Below, one piece after another: positions 63,331-64,000 of a stretch of 64,000 bases of DNA (within the stretch, counting starts at the first letter, position 1; every line of letters begins with the position of its first letter). The position numbers were made by a program, and so were the translations under genes. The stretch comes from Sphaerodactylus townsendi. Lineage: Eukaryota. Below the pieces are notes generated by a model. The model saw only the letters and a list, made by a program, of their open reading frames with translations. It was not told the origin of the DNA and ran no database searches. The stretch lies in assembly GCF_021028975.2 (NCBI RefSeq), contig NC_059427.1, forward strand, positions 112,406,001 to 112,470,000. The letters are read 5' to 3'.

Positions 63331-64000
63331 TAACCCCTTAAACTGGGCAACAACCTACATAGGTTTGTCATGCTTTAAGAGTCATGGTTTTCAAGTTTTT
63401 ATTTGTGCTGGAGCAGAGTAGAAACTGGTTTGCTTGAAATGACATCATAAGTTCTCTGTAACTTTAAAAACAACCAGATGTCTTTGCGGGATGTTGCTGG
63501 CCTATTGTTCATTCAGTATCTGAAACTAGAGTTACACAATAGTAACCCTGCACAAGTCAGTTGTTTCTCAGGAATCGAGTCATGTAACTGTTGATCTCTT
63601 CCACTTATGTTCACTCTGCTTTGTACGACAGCATAGCTCAAACCCTGGAAAGCACATTTCTGTAGAAATGTGTTTGCATAAAACATCTCACTTTTCTAAG
63701 CAAATTAGTTCCGGGAAATATGCAAAGGAGATGTATGCAAAGAAGGTATAAGAACTTCTCAGGAAGTGCTATTGAAACACCTGGAAAGAAGTGTTGGAGA
63801 TTATCTTAATATCTAGAAGGGCAAATATTAAGTTCTCCATATAACTCTACCACTTTTAAGAATTGTACCGCTAGGTTTGAAAGTGCCCCACATACTAATC
63901 TCCCTGACAAGGAAAGGATACATTAAGCTGTGGCTCAAATTTCACCAAATTTTGCCAAATTCAGGTGAAAATTAAGCCACAAATTCAGAAGCCCTAAACT

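Overview
Vertebrate genomic DNA. The repeat landscape (tRNA-derived SINEs with (CTT)n tails, L2 3' ends, 5S/RTE-tailed SINEs, hAT MITEs, Penelope remnants) points to a squamate, probably a gecko; this is inferred. The window holds the 5' part of PIK3R5 (p101, regulatory subunit of PI3K-gamma) on the minus strand. Ten coding exons run from the ATG exon (ATG at 17956) down to 1107, all with GT-AG splice sites and consistent phases. A CpG island with a candidate non-coding first exon lies at about 60.3-60.8 kb, which gives an intron 1 of about 42 kb. That intron contains an essentially full-length DIRS1-type tyrosine-recombinase retrotransposon (23792-29990, minus strand). It has both inverted termini, the internal complementary region (ICR), gag, RT-RNaseH-methyltransferase-like pol and YR, and a young hAT MITE inserted in its 5' ITR. 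The most notable observations are: (i) gag and a long ORF overprinted on pol share one frame, separated by a single UGA in a UGA-CUA readthrough-type context, and that frame leads into the recombinase once two point lesions are repaired; (ii) five short Penelope-type remnants carry minimal hammerhead ribozyme cores. There are two assembly gaps (20131-20272 and 61442-61593). All family assignments come from motif recognition; no searches were run.
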